DNA from: Octopus sinensis
Lineage: Eukaryota
Length of the DNA: 64,000 nucleotides
Assembly: GCF_006345805.1 (NCBI RefSeq)
Contig: NC_043009.1
Location: 2,604,001 to 2,668,000 of the forward strand
Direction of reading: 5' to 3'
Under the pieces are notes generated by a model. It worked only from the letters and a program-made list of their open reading frames with translations, was not told the DNA's origin and did no database searches. The position numbers and the translations under genes were made by a program. This document shows, one piece after another, positions 40,602-55,839 of this stretch; within the stretch, counting starts at the first letter, position 1; every line of letters starts with the position of its first letter.

Positions 40602-40848
40602 TTCTAAGAAAATTAAAATTTATCTTATACAGTGGCATTTTCAAACTTCTTTTTTATAAATATATATATATATATATATACATATACGACAGCCTTCTTT
40701 TAGTTTCCGTGTACCAAGTCTAGTCACAAGGCTTTGGTCGGCCCCGGACTATAGACATTTGCTTAAGGTGTCATGCAGTGTGAGTGAACCCGAAAGCATG
40801 TGGTTCGTAAGCAAACTACTTACCACACAGTCACTCATGTGTCTAAGC

Positions 40849-40880
<32 letters not shown>

Positions 40881-41569
40881 ATATATATGTGTATATATAT
40901 GCATATATATGTATGTATACATATACATACATACACAAGTGTATGCGAGTTTTTGAATCAGTGTCATTTCCTGTCATATAATTATTTACGTGTGTGTGCT
41001 TCATTAGGCTCAGCTGACTCTCTCTGAATTATCATTGTCATAATTTGAGTATGTCAAACTTGACTAAAGTACCATGCCACATAAAATATATGTAGTGCAT
41101 TAATTGCTCATATTAATACATGCATCAAACATCTCCATTATACTCCACGTAAATATAGAACATTTCTCAATAATGCTTTGTTGTAATATTCTGAATATGT
41201 CACTCGACATTCTACTTTTCGAAATAAGCTAAACGAGATGACACCAATTTGCTATCACATTTTCCTTATGTCTGTCATATTTGAGAATTCTATTGTTTGT
41301 GTTAACGGCGTTTATTGTAATCCAGTAATGAATGTTATTCCAGTTATAAAAATAACGAAGCAAGCAGTTTTAAGGAGTATAGAAACTCGATAACAGGGCC
41401 ACCAGTATTTAATTAGTTCCTTCGTTTATTGAACAAGAAAGAAGGAATGAAAACTTTGATTTCTGCGGTCATTTGAACTTAGAACGCAAAGATTCGGAAA
41501 ATTCTTTCTAAGCAATTTTCCCGATTGTAAGGCCTCTGTTTTCTCTACAATGCTCTCTCTCTCTCTCTG

Positions 41570-41647
<78 letters not shown>

Positions 41648-42699
41648 GTAGGGAATATAATTCCAAACTTACAGGGAAAATTTCAATTTAGTAATTCTAA
41701 ATCAAATTTCATAATATATAATATATGTATATAATTAAGAGAAATAACCTCTATTAAGCAATTCAATAGTGAAAGACATTATCTATATTACATAGAAAAA
41801 ATTTAAATATATGTGTGTGTGTGTGTGTGTATAAAGATAAGAACGTTATATAAAATACCGATCTAATCAGGTGGTCAGCATGGAAATAAAAACCTCAAAG
41901 GTAATAATTATTATTAAAATTTTAATTAAGGGTGTCTAAGAGATGCCACCATGCTAGAAATAGCAGCCAAAACCTGACTCTAAATTCACACACATATATA
42001 TATCGATAGGTGAATGAAGTATCCTATGTTTACCGTCAACATGGAAAATTCGATGAACCGATACAGGGTAGCAAATTCACGTCAGAAACACGGTTGAAGC
42101 GACCTGTCCAAGGGTAGAAACTCCGGGTTCATGTGCAGAAATTTGTTTGTTATATAAGAATAAATAAATGAAAATTACGCCATATTTCCATAACGTTTTG
42201 TTATTTTCGGCAAAATAATTTAGGATTCTATTTCAGAGCTAATATAAATAGGTAGCTACAATGAGTAGCCACATGGCATCAGCGTTCACGTGGATATGAT
42301 AAAACGTGCGCATTTCTTTGATAGCGTATTTCTTAGCTCAACAATATCCATTCCAATCTAATTACGACCAATCTGGCAGTTGTAAAACGTCGCCAGATAT
42401 GAAAGTCAAACATACAACTGACCGAAATTACACGATTTTTACAAGTATTTACGGTGAAAAGCTTTCTCAATGAATTTTCAATCAACAGCGCTAATAAGAT
42501 CAATGAACGACCTCATTTAAGCCTGGGCATTTCCTTTAGTAGGTCTGAGTGTTTATCGCATCTGAAAAACTAGAAGGAAGGACGAAATGAAGAAATTACG
42601 TGTTGGAGAATAGGAAAGAAAAGAGGGTAAAATAAATTCTATAAATCTATTTAAACTCATTCAAGCAACAAACGGAACGAGTAGGATCCATATTGAGAA

Positions 42700-43600
42700 A
42701 TCTGACATTCAATGCTAATTATTGCAATGAAACTTAAACATCTGATACCTTTCAAATCCTCAAGTGAGAATCACATTCTGTGAGTGTTATATGGCAATGT
42801 TGCTAAGCGTTTAGAATGATTCGAAGTATTCACAATTCTAATTTCTTCACCTTATAATTTGGAAATGTTGCTTGATGAATTCCCAGCTTGACAAAAGATC
42901 TTAATCAAACACCTGCGAATCGGAACTGAATTATATGTGAATAACTTAAGACATGGTATAAAACTGGTACAATGGCATTTCGTTGCTATTAGTAGCTCCC
43001 ATTGGATAGAAACTTTGAAATACCGAAATAAATCAATTGATGTTGTATTGTCATACGAATACAGACGATGGACTTTGTAACATCTTCAACAGAAACGTGT
43101 TATTCATTTCCGTGTCAATAACTGTCAATGACGAATGCATTAAAGATACTATCGACTAAAAGTTTAGGTATTACAAGTTTAAGAGTGCTTCCACTTCTTA
43201 CGTTATGTGTTCAAAATCCGTCGGCACCTTATTAGCCTGATAACCTCCTGTTGATAATAAAATAGGCACTGGCCATGCAGGGGCAATTACTTTCTTTTCC
43301 TTGATGGATTAGTTTCTGTAAAACGTTTGACGTTCTACCTAGAAAAGAAATTATTTTTTCATATCTTTTAAGAATCGTGTCTGTCTTTCCAGATGGGGAA
43401 CTAGTCTTGAAAATAAATTTTAAAAATGCTATTATTACTATTTTAGCTTCTGTTCCATCGAATATGCCCATCTACATGCCATACCTCTTGACTAAATATA
43501 GTAAACTAGTATTTAAGAAAGAAAATTATATTGTAGTAATCACAGATACTTCTACGGTAAAAGTGAATTGCAATTATATTCAAGAGGCCAACAAAACAAT
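42700..43600 (-). pseudogene. Possible decayed hAT transposase C-terminal relic
   Basis: Weak minus-strand remnants (LFTVEVS, resembling LLFHTEVRW; LQKLIHQGK; LSNIAI near the dimerisation-domain position); judged by eye only. Confidence 0.22.
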
Positions 43601-44021
43601 GACAGTCGCAGTTTCAGTTATTTCAAATGGGTCGAGTGATGCATAAGTATCACAAAAGCAGTGACGTGGTTCGAATTTGTATTCTGCTTTAAAAGCTAAG
43701 GAGACTGCAACAATAGATACACACACGCACTTACATACCGTATGTATGTGTGTGTTTCAAAACAAATGAAGCGTGTCGCTGTAATATACTTCCTCTCTCT
43801 ATTGATTACGACAACAAGGATGAGTATTGACTAGACAAAGAAGACTTTATGTGGAAGGAAGACGCCGCGGCGATGAAAAGTTCACATTTAGATGTCGACT
43901 GCTCCCACTTCGCCGATATACTATAAAAGATTTAAGGTCAAATATATTTCTACAGGAAATTAAGCTTGGAATATGACTCATAACACTAAGTAATATAAAT
44001 TGTCCGATTGCCCATTTGCTT

Positions 44022-44054
<33 letters not shown>

Positions 44055-44058
44055 TATA

Positions 44059-44107
<49 letters not shown>

Positions 44108-44874
44108 CACGCACTTATAATTATATACATTGATATATAGTTAGATCGATAGAATGCTGTACAATCTAATTATTACATGGACAGATCATGAGAACAAAAG
44201 AAAATTAATTTAAAAGTGAATGTATATAACGATGAGTAACATACTGTAATTTCTGAATTACATTCGTTTCATACAGGAGTTAGTTTGGCTACACAAATAA
44301 AGCGAGGTCTACATCCGTGTATCAACGCCAAGTTAAGCATTATTCCACTTTTCTTATTCTGATAATTAATTTAGCGAGCGTATAAACGTATCTGAGTTCA
44401 CGTCTCCAAATTGTCAGAATTTTATTTAAGGAAAATACAGTTGATAAAGCATATAAAGCAGAAAAGGAAAACATTTCAAAATATCTCTTTGTCGCGTGGA
44501 GATATCTGCAATGAGTATGCAATGGCATGACAGTGTTTATGCTGCACCGTGTAGCATTAAAACACGATAGGCTCGTTTGTGTAAAGAATGATATTTCAGT
44601 TCTTATATGAAACCAACGCTGGTCGTCTGTAGCAACGCAACCGCATTCTATATATTCAATAGAGACATAACGGTGAAACGCTGATTATATTTACAATGTT
44701 TTACTCGTCCACTAGAGGGAGCAGTTGACGCAGTAAAGTACTAAGAGGAACAGCACAGTTGGAAACTAAATCAAAATTTCGAATGATAGGAGAGAGGAAC
44801 ATAACTCAAGATCTTAATAAAAAAAAAACAGCAACATGTCACAAGTTCATAAAACTTAATAATAAATAGCAACG

Positions 44875-45017
44875 TAGGTGCAGGCGTGGTTGTGCGGAAA
44901 GAAGTTTGCTCGGGGTTCAATCCCACTTCTTGCCAATATGGGCAACTGACTTCTACTACAGCCTCAGCCCGACGAAAGTATTGTGAGTGAATTTGATAGA
45001 CAGAAACTGAAAGATGC

Positions 45018-45097
<80 letters not shown>

Positions 45098-45317
45098 TGT
45101 ATATATATATATATATATTATATATATATATAATCGACGAGCTTGATTTAGAAGTGCCACGCAGTGGGACTGAACCCAGACCATGTGGTTGGGAAGCAGG
45201 CTTCTTACCACACAGCCACTCCTTTCTCTATACATATATAGAAAGAACGCAGAGAAACACACGCACGCACTCACGCACATACACACAGACACACACAAAC
45301 ACACACACCACACACAC

Positions 45318-45358
<41 letters not shown>

Positions 45359-45630
45359 TGTGCTTATGAGCATGTGTGCTTGTGTATTTGAGCGCGTGTG
45401 TGTCTCTGCGTGTCATTCTTTCTGTGTTTGCTCCCCTCCACCATTTGGCAATCGGTTTTGCTGTGTTTACATCTTAGTTATCTAGCGGTTCGGCAAAAGA
45501 TTCCAATAGAATATGTACCCGGCTTAATAAAACGTACTGCGCTCGATTCATTCGACAGAAAATTCTTCAGGGCGGTGCCCCAGTATGGTTGCTATTTAAT
45601 GACTGATACAAGTAAAAGATAAAAGATACC
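44875..45630 (+). mobile_element. SINE family B with an opposite-strand family B head (45135-45225) inside its microsatellite linker
   Basis: Plus-strand head and core at 44875-45020; gtgccacgcagtgggactgaaccc...ttaccacacagccactcc (reverse head); plus-strand body and tail at ~45400-45630. Confidence 0.75.
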
Positions 45631-46722
45631 TCTTCATCTTAAACTACGTAAGAGATAGCAAATCGAATCAAGATCATTACTTTTATTCGTTAAACACAAA
45701 AATTTTCCCTTACCATAACAATGTCTTCTGATACTTGCATTTCAATATATTTCACGGATCTAGAGCAAATTACGTTACTTCAGGGCTGAATCTAAAAGAG
45801 AGTTTTATGTATAGCCTATATCACATAAATGCACCATATAAATTTGGAGTGAATTATATATTTGGCATCTAAATATGCCGAGAAACTGATAAATAAATAT
45901 ATAAAAACATTGCCTGAAGGAGGAACAAATCAATGTTGTTATTCCATTCTCTTTTAAAAATTATGTTGTCTGATTTCTAACAAAATATAATAATGTTCAT
46001 GTTGATTATTGCCATATCGGTAAACATTCCTTTTTTGTTATTTAATTTCTAGAATCCATCATTTTTGTTTTTGTTTTACCTTCAATAATATTGGGAAAAT
46101 AAATTTTCTACTGCATCAAACATTGAATAAAATCTCTAATATTCTCGCACTTTTTCTTCAGTAGCCGACGAGATGAAACAATAAACATCACATGACCAGT
46201 GTTGTCATCGTCATCTCAAAGTATCTGGTAATTTTCCATCCCTCCCACGTATTTAAAAGAAGAAATATCTGATAGTGAGACATTACACGCAGTGAATTTC
46301 TCCGTTACCCTTGTATGTTCATAATGGTTTCATATTTGAATACGAGATCAACCCATGAAGCAAATGATAGGATCGATAGTAGTAATCGAGGTCACGTTTC
46401 CTCGCTGGAAGAATTATAAAACATTGTGTCGATTCTATTGGAATATGAACGTACGTGGCTGTGTGGTTAAGAGGTCTTCTTAGCCACAGCACGGATCTTG
46501 GTTCACTCCCCAGTATATGACATTTAAACACGAGCCTCAAATTGTAGCCCAAACCAAACAATGCCTCGAGAGTAAATTTGAGTAAGTGAATGCAAGTCAC
46601 ACACACCACACACACACACACACACACAAATTATGTATACTATTACTTGTATATAATTACAACTACTACTACTATTACTAGCATTTATATTATTTGAGTA
46701 TGTATGCGTCTTTGTGTGTGTA

Positions 46723-46785
<63 letters not shown>

Positions 46786-46831
46786 CTATCTATATATATA
46801 TATTATATATATATATATATATTATATATAT

Positions 46832-46865
<34 letters not shown>

Positions 46866-47296
46866 CGTGTGAGCTTCTGCTTTGAAATATTGCACCTGGT
46901 GACGTAGCGGTCAATAGAGGAGGCTGTTAACTTCCAGAATTAGGACTGACTGCGATTTCAAGACATTCCTCCTGGAATGTTCCGGGTCCAATGACTGAAA
47001 AAAGGAGAATTGTATCGGAAATACTATATTGAAAACGCTGTTTTAACTTTGTGATGTGTCTAAAAATCTTTAGTTAATAACAAGTTTATTGTGATGAATA
47101 TACTTTCGAAATTTAACAAAACCTATTTATAATATAACTCTACTTAACTTTAAAATACTTATAGAAATATTCCACCGATTCATTTTTGAATATTTTATGT
47201 TTTGTCTTAAAAACTATTATAATTATTTTTCATTGAAACGAGTAAATAGAGACTTAGTATTGCCATTACATAACAAGCCAACTCTGAAGATCAATG

Positions 47297-47356
<60 letters not shown>

Positions 47357-48169
47357 TGAAAGCATGCATGTATGTGTATATATATGTATAATAAAAACTC
47401 GAAACGATGTGAGAACAGAAGCAGGCTTCGGTTTTAGAGTTGAGAACAGTTTAGTTTATTTATTTCGGAAATGTCATTTAGAAAATCATCGAGGCCATAA
47501 CATTTAAAAAAAGCGAACATAAACATTGACATTTTATATGTAAACTGGCTAGGAAAGGTAATAAATAGAATATAAGAAAAGAATAATACCATTATTTAAT
47601 AATTCTATTATTTAATGATACCATTATTGTATAATAGCATTATTTAAAATAGGAAAATATGTTTAAAAGTCCCTTTCATTCTTTTGCAATTATAACTTAT
47701 TCTCATTCGTATACAGTAATAACAATTGAATTGCAGATAAACCGGTATCAATATTCCATTCTAATATTCTCTGAATTTCAACTGGTGATATTAAATATTT
47801 ACACAGAGGCAATGATACAAAGGGGACACAATAGGCGTTATCAACGAAATGTATATTATTGGATATTTATCATTTAAATAAGCTTTATTTTGATATTTAC
47901 TGACCATAATTTTCACAGGCAGGATAGGAGTATTGTATATGTTGAAAAGGATTTTAAATAACTTAAATGCCACTTTGGTAAGAATTCCACGCCAGTAACA
48001 ATGATATGTTTTCACTGTTCTACTATACCAGGCAATTCTATTTTTGTTTTTATCCATATAGCTTTCCCTTTCGCCCTTGAACTTCTAGTGAGAAAGGATA
48101 ACCCTGTACTAAACTTACAACAAAATCTACGCTTATATTCATCATAGATGATGTCTACCTGTAAGTGAA

Positions 48170-48171
<2 letters not shown>

Positions 48172-48226
<55 letters not shown>

Positions 48227-48242
48227 GAGAGAGAGAGAGAGA
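48172..48242. repeat. (GA)n microsatellite
   Basis: Direct reading. Confidence 0.95.
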
Positions 48243-49561
48243 AACGAAGAGAGAAACAGAGACAGAGTGAAAGAAGGAGAAAGAGGAGAATAAATCGGAG
48301 AATTGGTCAGGTGCTTGGGTTCAAAATGAGACGATTAGATGTTACTAGTTGAACGCTGAATATTTGGTACGACTGGCTGGAAATTCAGCCTGTTTCGATG
48401 AGAGTGCTTTGTGGCACTGAAGGCAAACACCCCGGTGCCGCACACAAACATGCGCGAAGAAATATATGCATAGAGGTCGAGTGTTTGAGAGAGATGAAGA
48501 GAAAGCGTGACATAATTCATTAATTTAAAACGATTGCCATAGATACTTTTAAATATAAAGGAAACTATGCTCACACTTAGAAACAGAGAGAACGAGAGAG
48601 AGAGAAGATGTAAGAGAACGAGATAAACATAAACATGACTTCTACCAAATAAAACGGCTTCGAATCATCGAAATAGCAGGAAACAAAACGCCACTGGTAA
48701 AACGTCTCACAGGCATACGGATCTGTTCGACGAAAGGTGGAAGACAATGTTAAATTCTGTAGGATACGACACCAGTGTGCAAAAAGGCATAGGAAACAAT
48801 ATTCTTAATTGTCAAACTATCATTTGAATAATTTATACACAGTGTGAGTTCTGAACTCCAGGAAGGTTACTTTGAATATGGGACTGTATTTCCTGCCACT
48901 TCACTTGATGTAGTCTTTCCTCACAAATACATATAGTCGTGACCAAAAGATTGGAAGATTAAAAAAAAATTCGGATCGTTTATTAGGTAAGTATATCTCT
49001 ACGTTGTATATATTTGAAACGAATTTTACTTGCGCATAACAATTATAATTTTTAATATTGGCCTCGACTGTAAGTCCTTGTTTTCTGAAAATGACAACTT
49101 GACATATAAACCACCAAGCAATTATCAATTTAGGAACGCAATTGTAGTTGTTACTTGTGTAGTTTGATAATATGGTGAATGAGTTGAAGAATATTTGGCT
49201 GGTATTTAAAGTAGACCCATATCTCTCAAATCTCTCATACCGACAGGGATTATTTGCTTTTGTAAATTAGTTATCACAGTTTTCAGCATTCGGGAATGAG
49301 GCGCAGATCTTCAAACATCGCAAAAAGTAATTCAGTAGATAGATACCAATTTACACAGATAAAACTACACCACATTCCTAGTAAACTACGACATCTCTCT
49401 GGGTCCAATTCCGTGTGGGAGTTATATTTTGTAGCTAAATAAAGGAATTTGGAGCCAAAAGCTCACCTTAACACCATTCATTTACATAAAATATCTAGCA
49501 CCATGATAAAAAAAAATGTTCGAAATCTTTGAATATAGTAGACTATTCTAGCTAATGAGAG

Positions 49562-51058
<1,497 letters not shown>

Positions 51059-51059
<1 letters not shown>

Positions 51060-52053
51060 TATAGAAAGACTATATATACAACGTATAGAAGGTGGTAGAG
51101 GCCTTATACAGCTGGAAAACTACTATAAAATAGCCACCATAGGACTGCAAAAATATCTACTTCAGAAGAAAGGAAAACTGATCCAGATAGCGGCAAAACA
51201 CGAGCAAAACAAAAAACTGTTCTCAGTATTTAAGGAAGCTGACAAATACAAACAAGAAATCATAGCACCTAATAAACATGAAGAAGAAGAAGAAGATGAA
51301 GAAACAACAAAAGCTATAAAACAAATGAAATCCAAACTAAAAATAGAACAGCAACGAACCATGATAAAACGATGGCAAGAAAAGCCCCTTCATGGTAAAT
51401 ACTGGACTAAACAAAACGCAAAAGAAATAGACAAAGAAAAATCCCAGCAATGGTTGAGAAGCTCAGGACTCAAAGCAGAAACAGAGGGATTTTTAATTGC
51501 AGGAAGCTATGCCAACATTATGGAATAACAACAGAAAAAAGATGGTATAGACACACACCAGAAAAGGTCACAGAAAACGAGAAAGCAACCATACTCTTGG
51601 ATATGCCGATACACACAGATAGAGAAATTAAGGCCAACAGACCAGATATAGTCGTCAGAGATCATGAAGAAAAAAAATGCTTTCTAATTGATGTATCAAT
51701 ACCGGCTGATGACAACGTGTCTCTAAAAGAAATGGAGAAACTCTCAAAATACAAAGACCTGGAAATAGAGGTAACTAGAATGTGGAACCTGAAAACAGAA
51801 ACAATTCCTATCATAGTAGGTGCATTAGGCATGATAAAAAAATATTCAGACAAATACATAACAAAAACACCAGGACTTACAAACACATATAACATACAGA
51901 AAATTGCACTACTAGGCACTGCACACATCCTACGCAGAACACTTTCCATACAATAACCATCAGAGCATCACAACAAATCACAGCACATACCCAAGGCACA
52001 CAGAGCTGTGCTCGGTAGTGAAGTGAAAGCACGCTATAAAAATAAAACTACTG
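51059..52053 (+). mobile_element. 5'-truncated R4/Dong-clade non-LTR retrotransposon 2 (different subfamily), CCHC region deleted
   Basis: IERLYIQRIEGGRGLIQLE...WQEKPLHGKY...LKAETEGFLIA | KLCQHYG...KANRPDIVVRD...LIDVSIP...KLSKYKDL...IPIIVGALG; stop at 51956; different 3' UTR; (TAA)n tail. Confidence 0.92.
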
Positions 52054-52075
52054 AATAATAATAATAATAATAATA

Positions 52076-52140
<65 letters not shown>

Positions 52141-53399
52141 TGGTGTTTCGCTTTTGATGTTATCCTGTTTAAGATCATTTAAAACATATGGGCTGCATGT
52201 ATTTTCTTGGTGGGAGCACTAAGATCTGTAAGCATTTATCTCATTCAGCCTCACCCAAATTGAGTTCAATACTGGAGGCTAACGGATCAGTCGTAACATA
52301 ATTAAGTGTTGAGAGTGGTGAGAAATGTAATAATTCAACTAAAATATTTAGATCTGAATTGACATTGAGGTTACAGTACCAGTAATTTCATTCTCTTGAT
52401 TGAACAGTTATTTGTTCAGTATCATTTCTACCCATCAATCTACGTCACTATAAGAACCAGATTTGTTCAGAAAGGTAGCCATTATTATCACACGCTCTCC
52501 ATCCATCAACCAAGCCAACCATACGTCGAAAGTGACATATATAAGAATCGAACTCGGAAATCCAAAATTGAAGAAAGCTTCATAACCACTCAGCTGTGCA
52601 TGTATCCACTGTAATATAATTCGTGTGCATCATTTTCGAAAAGAAGTTTTAGATCAGAATTCTTTCTCGTTCGTAGCATTGAACATGTTTGAAATTGTTA
52701 AGACAATTCTGAGATAAATATTATTTCTTAAGTGTTAGAATATTTGTTATCGCTCTTGCAATTTCGATTTTAAAAAATTTAAGTTACTGGCGCCCTTCGC
52801 ATAAAAATTTCGAAAAACGTTATAAAATTTAAAATTATAAAAAAAAACAGATTAGTTTCATTAATTGTATTTGTGGGCGACAAAATTACGAGGAGTACAT
52901 TTTAAAACATTTTAAAATATTCTATATCATCTACGTATAATTTTTGTAAATGTACACTTAAAGTTACAAGATCTACGCCATCCTGCATACACACGATGTA
53001 CAAGTGTTACAACATTATGCAGAAATACACCGCCAAAGGCACACTGATATAGTGTCTTTTTTTTACCAAAAGCAGGTTGTTATTTAGAAAAATTAGGCTG
53101 TTACACCTAGCATGTAGGACCATTCTATTACAGCTCCAACAGCCATTCTTAATTTCATATCATATAGATTTGCCATATAGGCATTACAGAGAGGGGACAA
53201 ACAAGGAGAGACAAACATAAAGGGTGAAGAAGCTTTTACGTTTTAAAAATATCAAATCAATCGGATGAAAAAATGAATCGATGAAATATGGAATAAAAAT
53301 TTTCAATTTTCAATAAGTCATTGCGTTCCACAATGAGGAGCGTTGAAAGAAAGGCACCCAGCCATCTGGGTAGAACCTTTACCTTTTAACCCGATCTCA

Positions 53400-53720
53400 C
53401 GTACCTGTTGCCAATCGCACCTACCTTGCTCACCACAGGCTTCTATCTTTTCACAAACATATCTCGTGACAGACATATCTACTCCAGCCTGATCTTACTA
53501 CCGAATTGGTAACTAAAATGTTAACCAACTCCTGGCCAGAGAGAAAGGTACCTATCACTATACCTTTCACACGCGTCTTCCATACGGTTTTGTTTTTCAA
53601 TATGGCTACTACGCAGAGAAAAAGAAGCCTTCCTTTCCCTGTTAAGGAAAAGAGGTTGTACAATATCGATGATAGATTCAGCTGGTAGCTGTACTCTTCC
53701 TCTCCTACCTTCATTCTTAT
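53400..53720 (-). pseudogene. Decayed RTE-like LINE thumb-region fragment
   Basis: LFSLTGKGRLLFLCVVAILKNKTVW loosely resembles the RTE 'LSLRVKGRLY.ACV...ML.GSETW' segment. Confidence 0.33.
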
Positions 53721-54397
53721 TACTTGTACGTGTGCAGGTGCTCATTGTTCCAGGTGTCTTTTTAAACAACTGACAGTAGTCGCTGAAATATCTAGCAAGC
53801 ATTTCCCACCTTAATTACGACAATTTCCTTCTCATAAATGCTCAAATTGCTCATATAATCAAATGTGAATAATTCTAATATTTCATGCAGGGCTTTATTT
53901 TCTAATATCGAATATTTTAACCGTTACGATATTATGATGCAAAAATTTACGAAACCGTTTAACAAATAGTTATTTAGTTATAACCTTACAGACACACTTT
54001 TGAATTGTTTTTTATCGAAAACAGTGCAATTCGGTCTGTATATAAACATAATGAATACAGACTTTTGCGAGGAAAGTTGATTTCTTATAATTGTTTTGAT
54101 TCAAAACATATTATTAGGTGATTGGATAATATGTACTTATATGTGTACAATCTGCCAAAACAATAATGTTTTGATGACTTTCATAGCATTTAGGATTTTT
54201 TTGTGTTATTTCCTGTAACTTTACTATAACTGAATAGCAAAGTTTTGTGGAACATTTTTTCTCTTTAGTTAAAACTTACTAGTCTGTTCTGTATTTCATA
54301 TAAACAACGTACGTAACACAGAAGAACACGAGTTTCTGCATGGGTTCTTCTTGTATTACTTTTGGCCCGCCTTGCAGGAAGCTTTACTTCTTGGACT

Positions 54398-54550
54398 CAT
54401 GTTTCTCTGCGCAAGGATATTGGTAAACCTCCGTTAACAGCACCCTATGCAGGTACTTTCTGTTTTCTTTTACGCGCTGATAAATTTTTCACTATAGACC
54501 TTAACGGTCGTAAAGATACTATATCAGTGGATAGACTTTAAAAAGACCTT
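54398..54550 (+). pseudogene. Gypsy integrase C-terminal fragment
   Basis: HVSLRKDIGKPPLTAPYAGTFCFLLRADKFFTIDLNGRKDTISVDRL*KTF matches the GPY/F-type 'PPL..PY.GP....R..K.F.I...G..DTVSIDRLKP' motif. Confidence 0.65.
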
Positions 54551-54870
54551 CATAGAGAAAACTGTCCCTATTCCCACTGCAGACGACACACACACAGCAT
54601 TAAAAACACGGCCTGCACAACCACCTTCACATTCCATGGCTACCGTTAGGATCGATCCGGTACCGGACAAGGATTCTGAATTTCTTTTTGTTTTGCTTTT
54701 TACTTAATTTATTAGAGCGGTCGGGTTCATTTTTAGTATTCTCGTTTGTGAGAGCGGTCGACTTTATTTCTGATATTCTCATTTTAAAAACCATCTCCGG
54801 CTAATCGTTGAAAAGACGTTTGTGTCGTCTTGGCGGAGATTTTGTGCTCTCCGAGTTCTCTTGCTTCGTA

Positions 54871-55260
54871 TTATTTTTACTTGTTTCAGACATTGGACCG
54901 TAGCTATACTGGAGCAACACCCTGAAAATTTTAGCTGGACAAATCGACCGTAGTGTTTATTTTTACAGTTTAATATTCATTCTAACGTGATCTTTCGCTC
55001 AACCGCTAGATGGCAGGAATGTGAAAAGACCAACGGCTGTTGTCAAGGGAGGGTCGGTGACAAGCCAAAACTGATCATATCCAAAATACACACTCACTAC
55101 ACACACACATATATATATATACAGACACACACGCGCACACACATAATGACACATGCATACACACACATATATATATACAACGGGCTTCCACACAATTTTC
55201 GTTTCTCCCAAATTCACTCTACTATAGTAGAATATATCAGGCCTAATGTGACGCAATAAC
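54871..55260 (-). mobile_element. Old SINE family B copy
   Basis: ttacttgtttcagacattgg...ctggagcaacacc tail, CA/TA linker, degraded core. Confidence 0.6.
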
Positions 55261-55807
55261 TTTGACATTGAGTCCTTAACTGCTAGTTATTTCATCTCCC
55301 CAGCGAATAAAATTAAAAACATCATTGATGTTAAGAGATTGGAACCGGGAACTAAAATGTCTTGAATATTTCAAGCCATTTTGCTATAGCGCTGTAGCGA
55401 TATTCGACGCATATCCGTTCTAAAAATACACGTAATAATGATCTCAAACAGAAATTTCGGGGTTGGAAGGGAGAACCATATTCTATTTAATCGATCTCAT
55501 CACTTCACAGATCCTTATTTTATCGACGCAAACATGATGAAAGGCCAAATCGACCCGATCTGATATTAATTCAGAGCATAGAAGGACGCAGCAAAACGCC
55601 ACAATTTCTTTTTCCTTTTGCTTCATATCTTTACTGATGTTGCCATAAAATAACTTGTATTATTGACACGAAAACAATTCAGGTGATATAGTTTTTCTGT
55701 TAATTTTCCCCACCAGATTTCACAGAATGCATGCATATGTGTGTAAAGGTTTTTTTTTCTTTTATGGATGGAATAAATGTGTATAACTAAGAGCGAGCAG
55801 TGACAGA

Positions 55808-55839
<32 letters not shown>

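Larger units (their letters stand above)
39181..40664 (-). mobile_element. 5'-truncated Penelope-like element with inverted pseudo-LTR
   Basis: Minus-strand RT C-terminal region, Cys linker and GIY-YIG; ~165-bp inverted repeats at 39181-39349 and 40496-40664. Confidence 0.9.
38901..40840 (-). mobile_element. SINE family B split by the Penelope-like insertion (3' half 38901-39115, 5' half 40681-40840)
   Basis: Tail and body on the left, core and head on the right, in the correct order for one minus-strand copy, with the (TA)n linker on both sides of the PLE. Confidence 0.82.
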
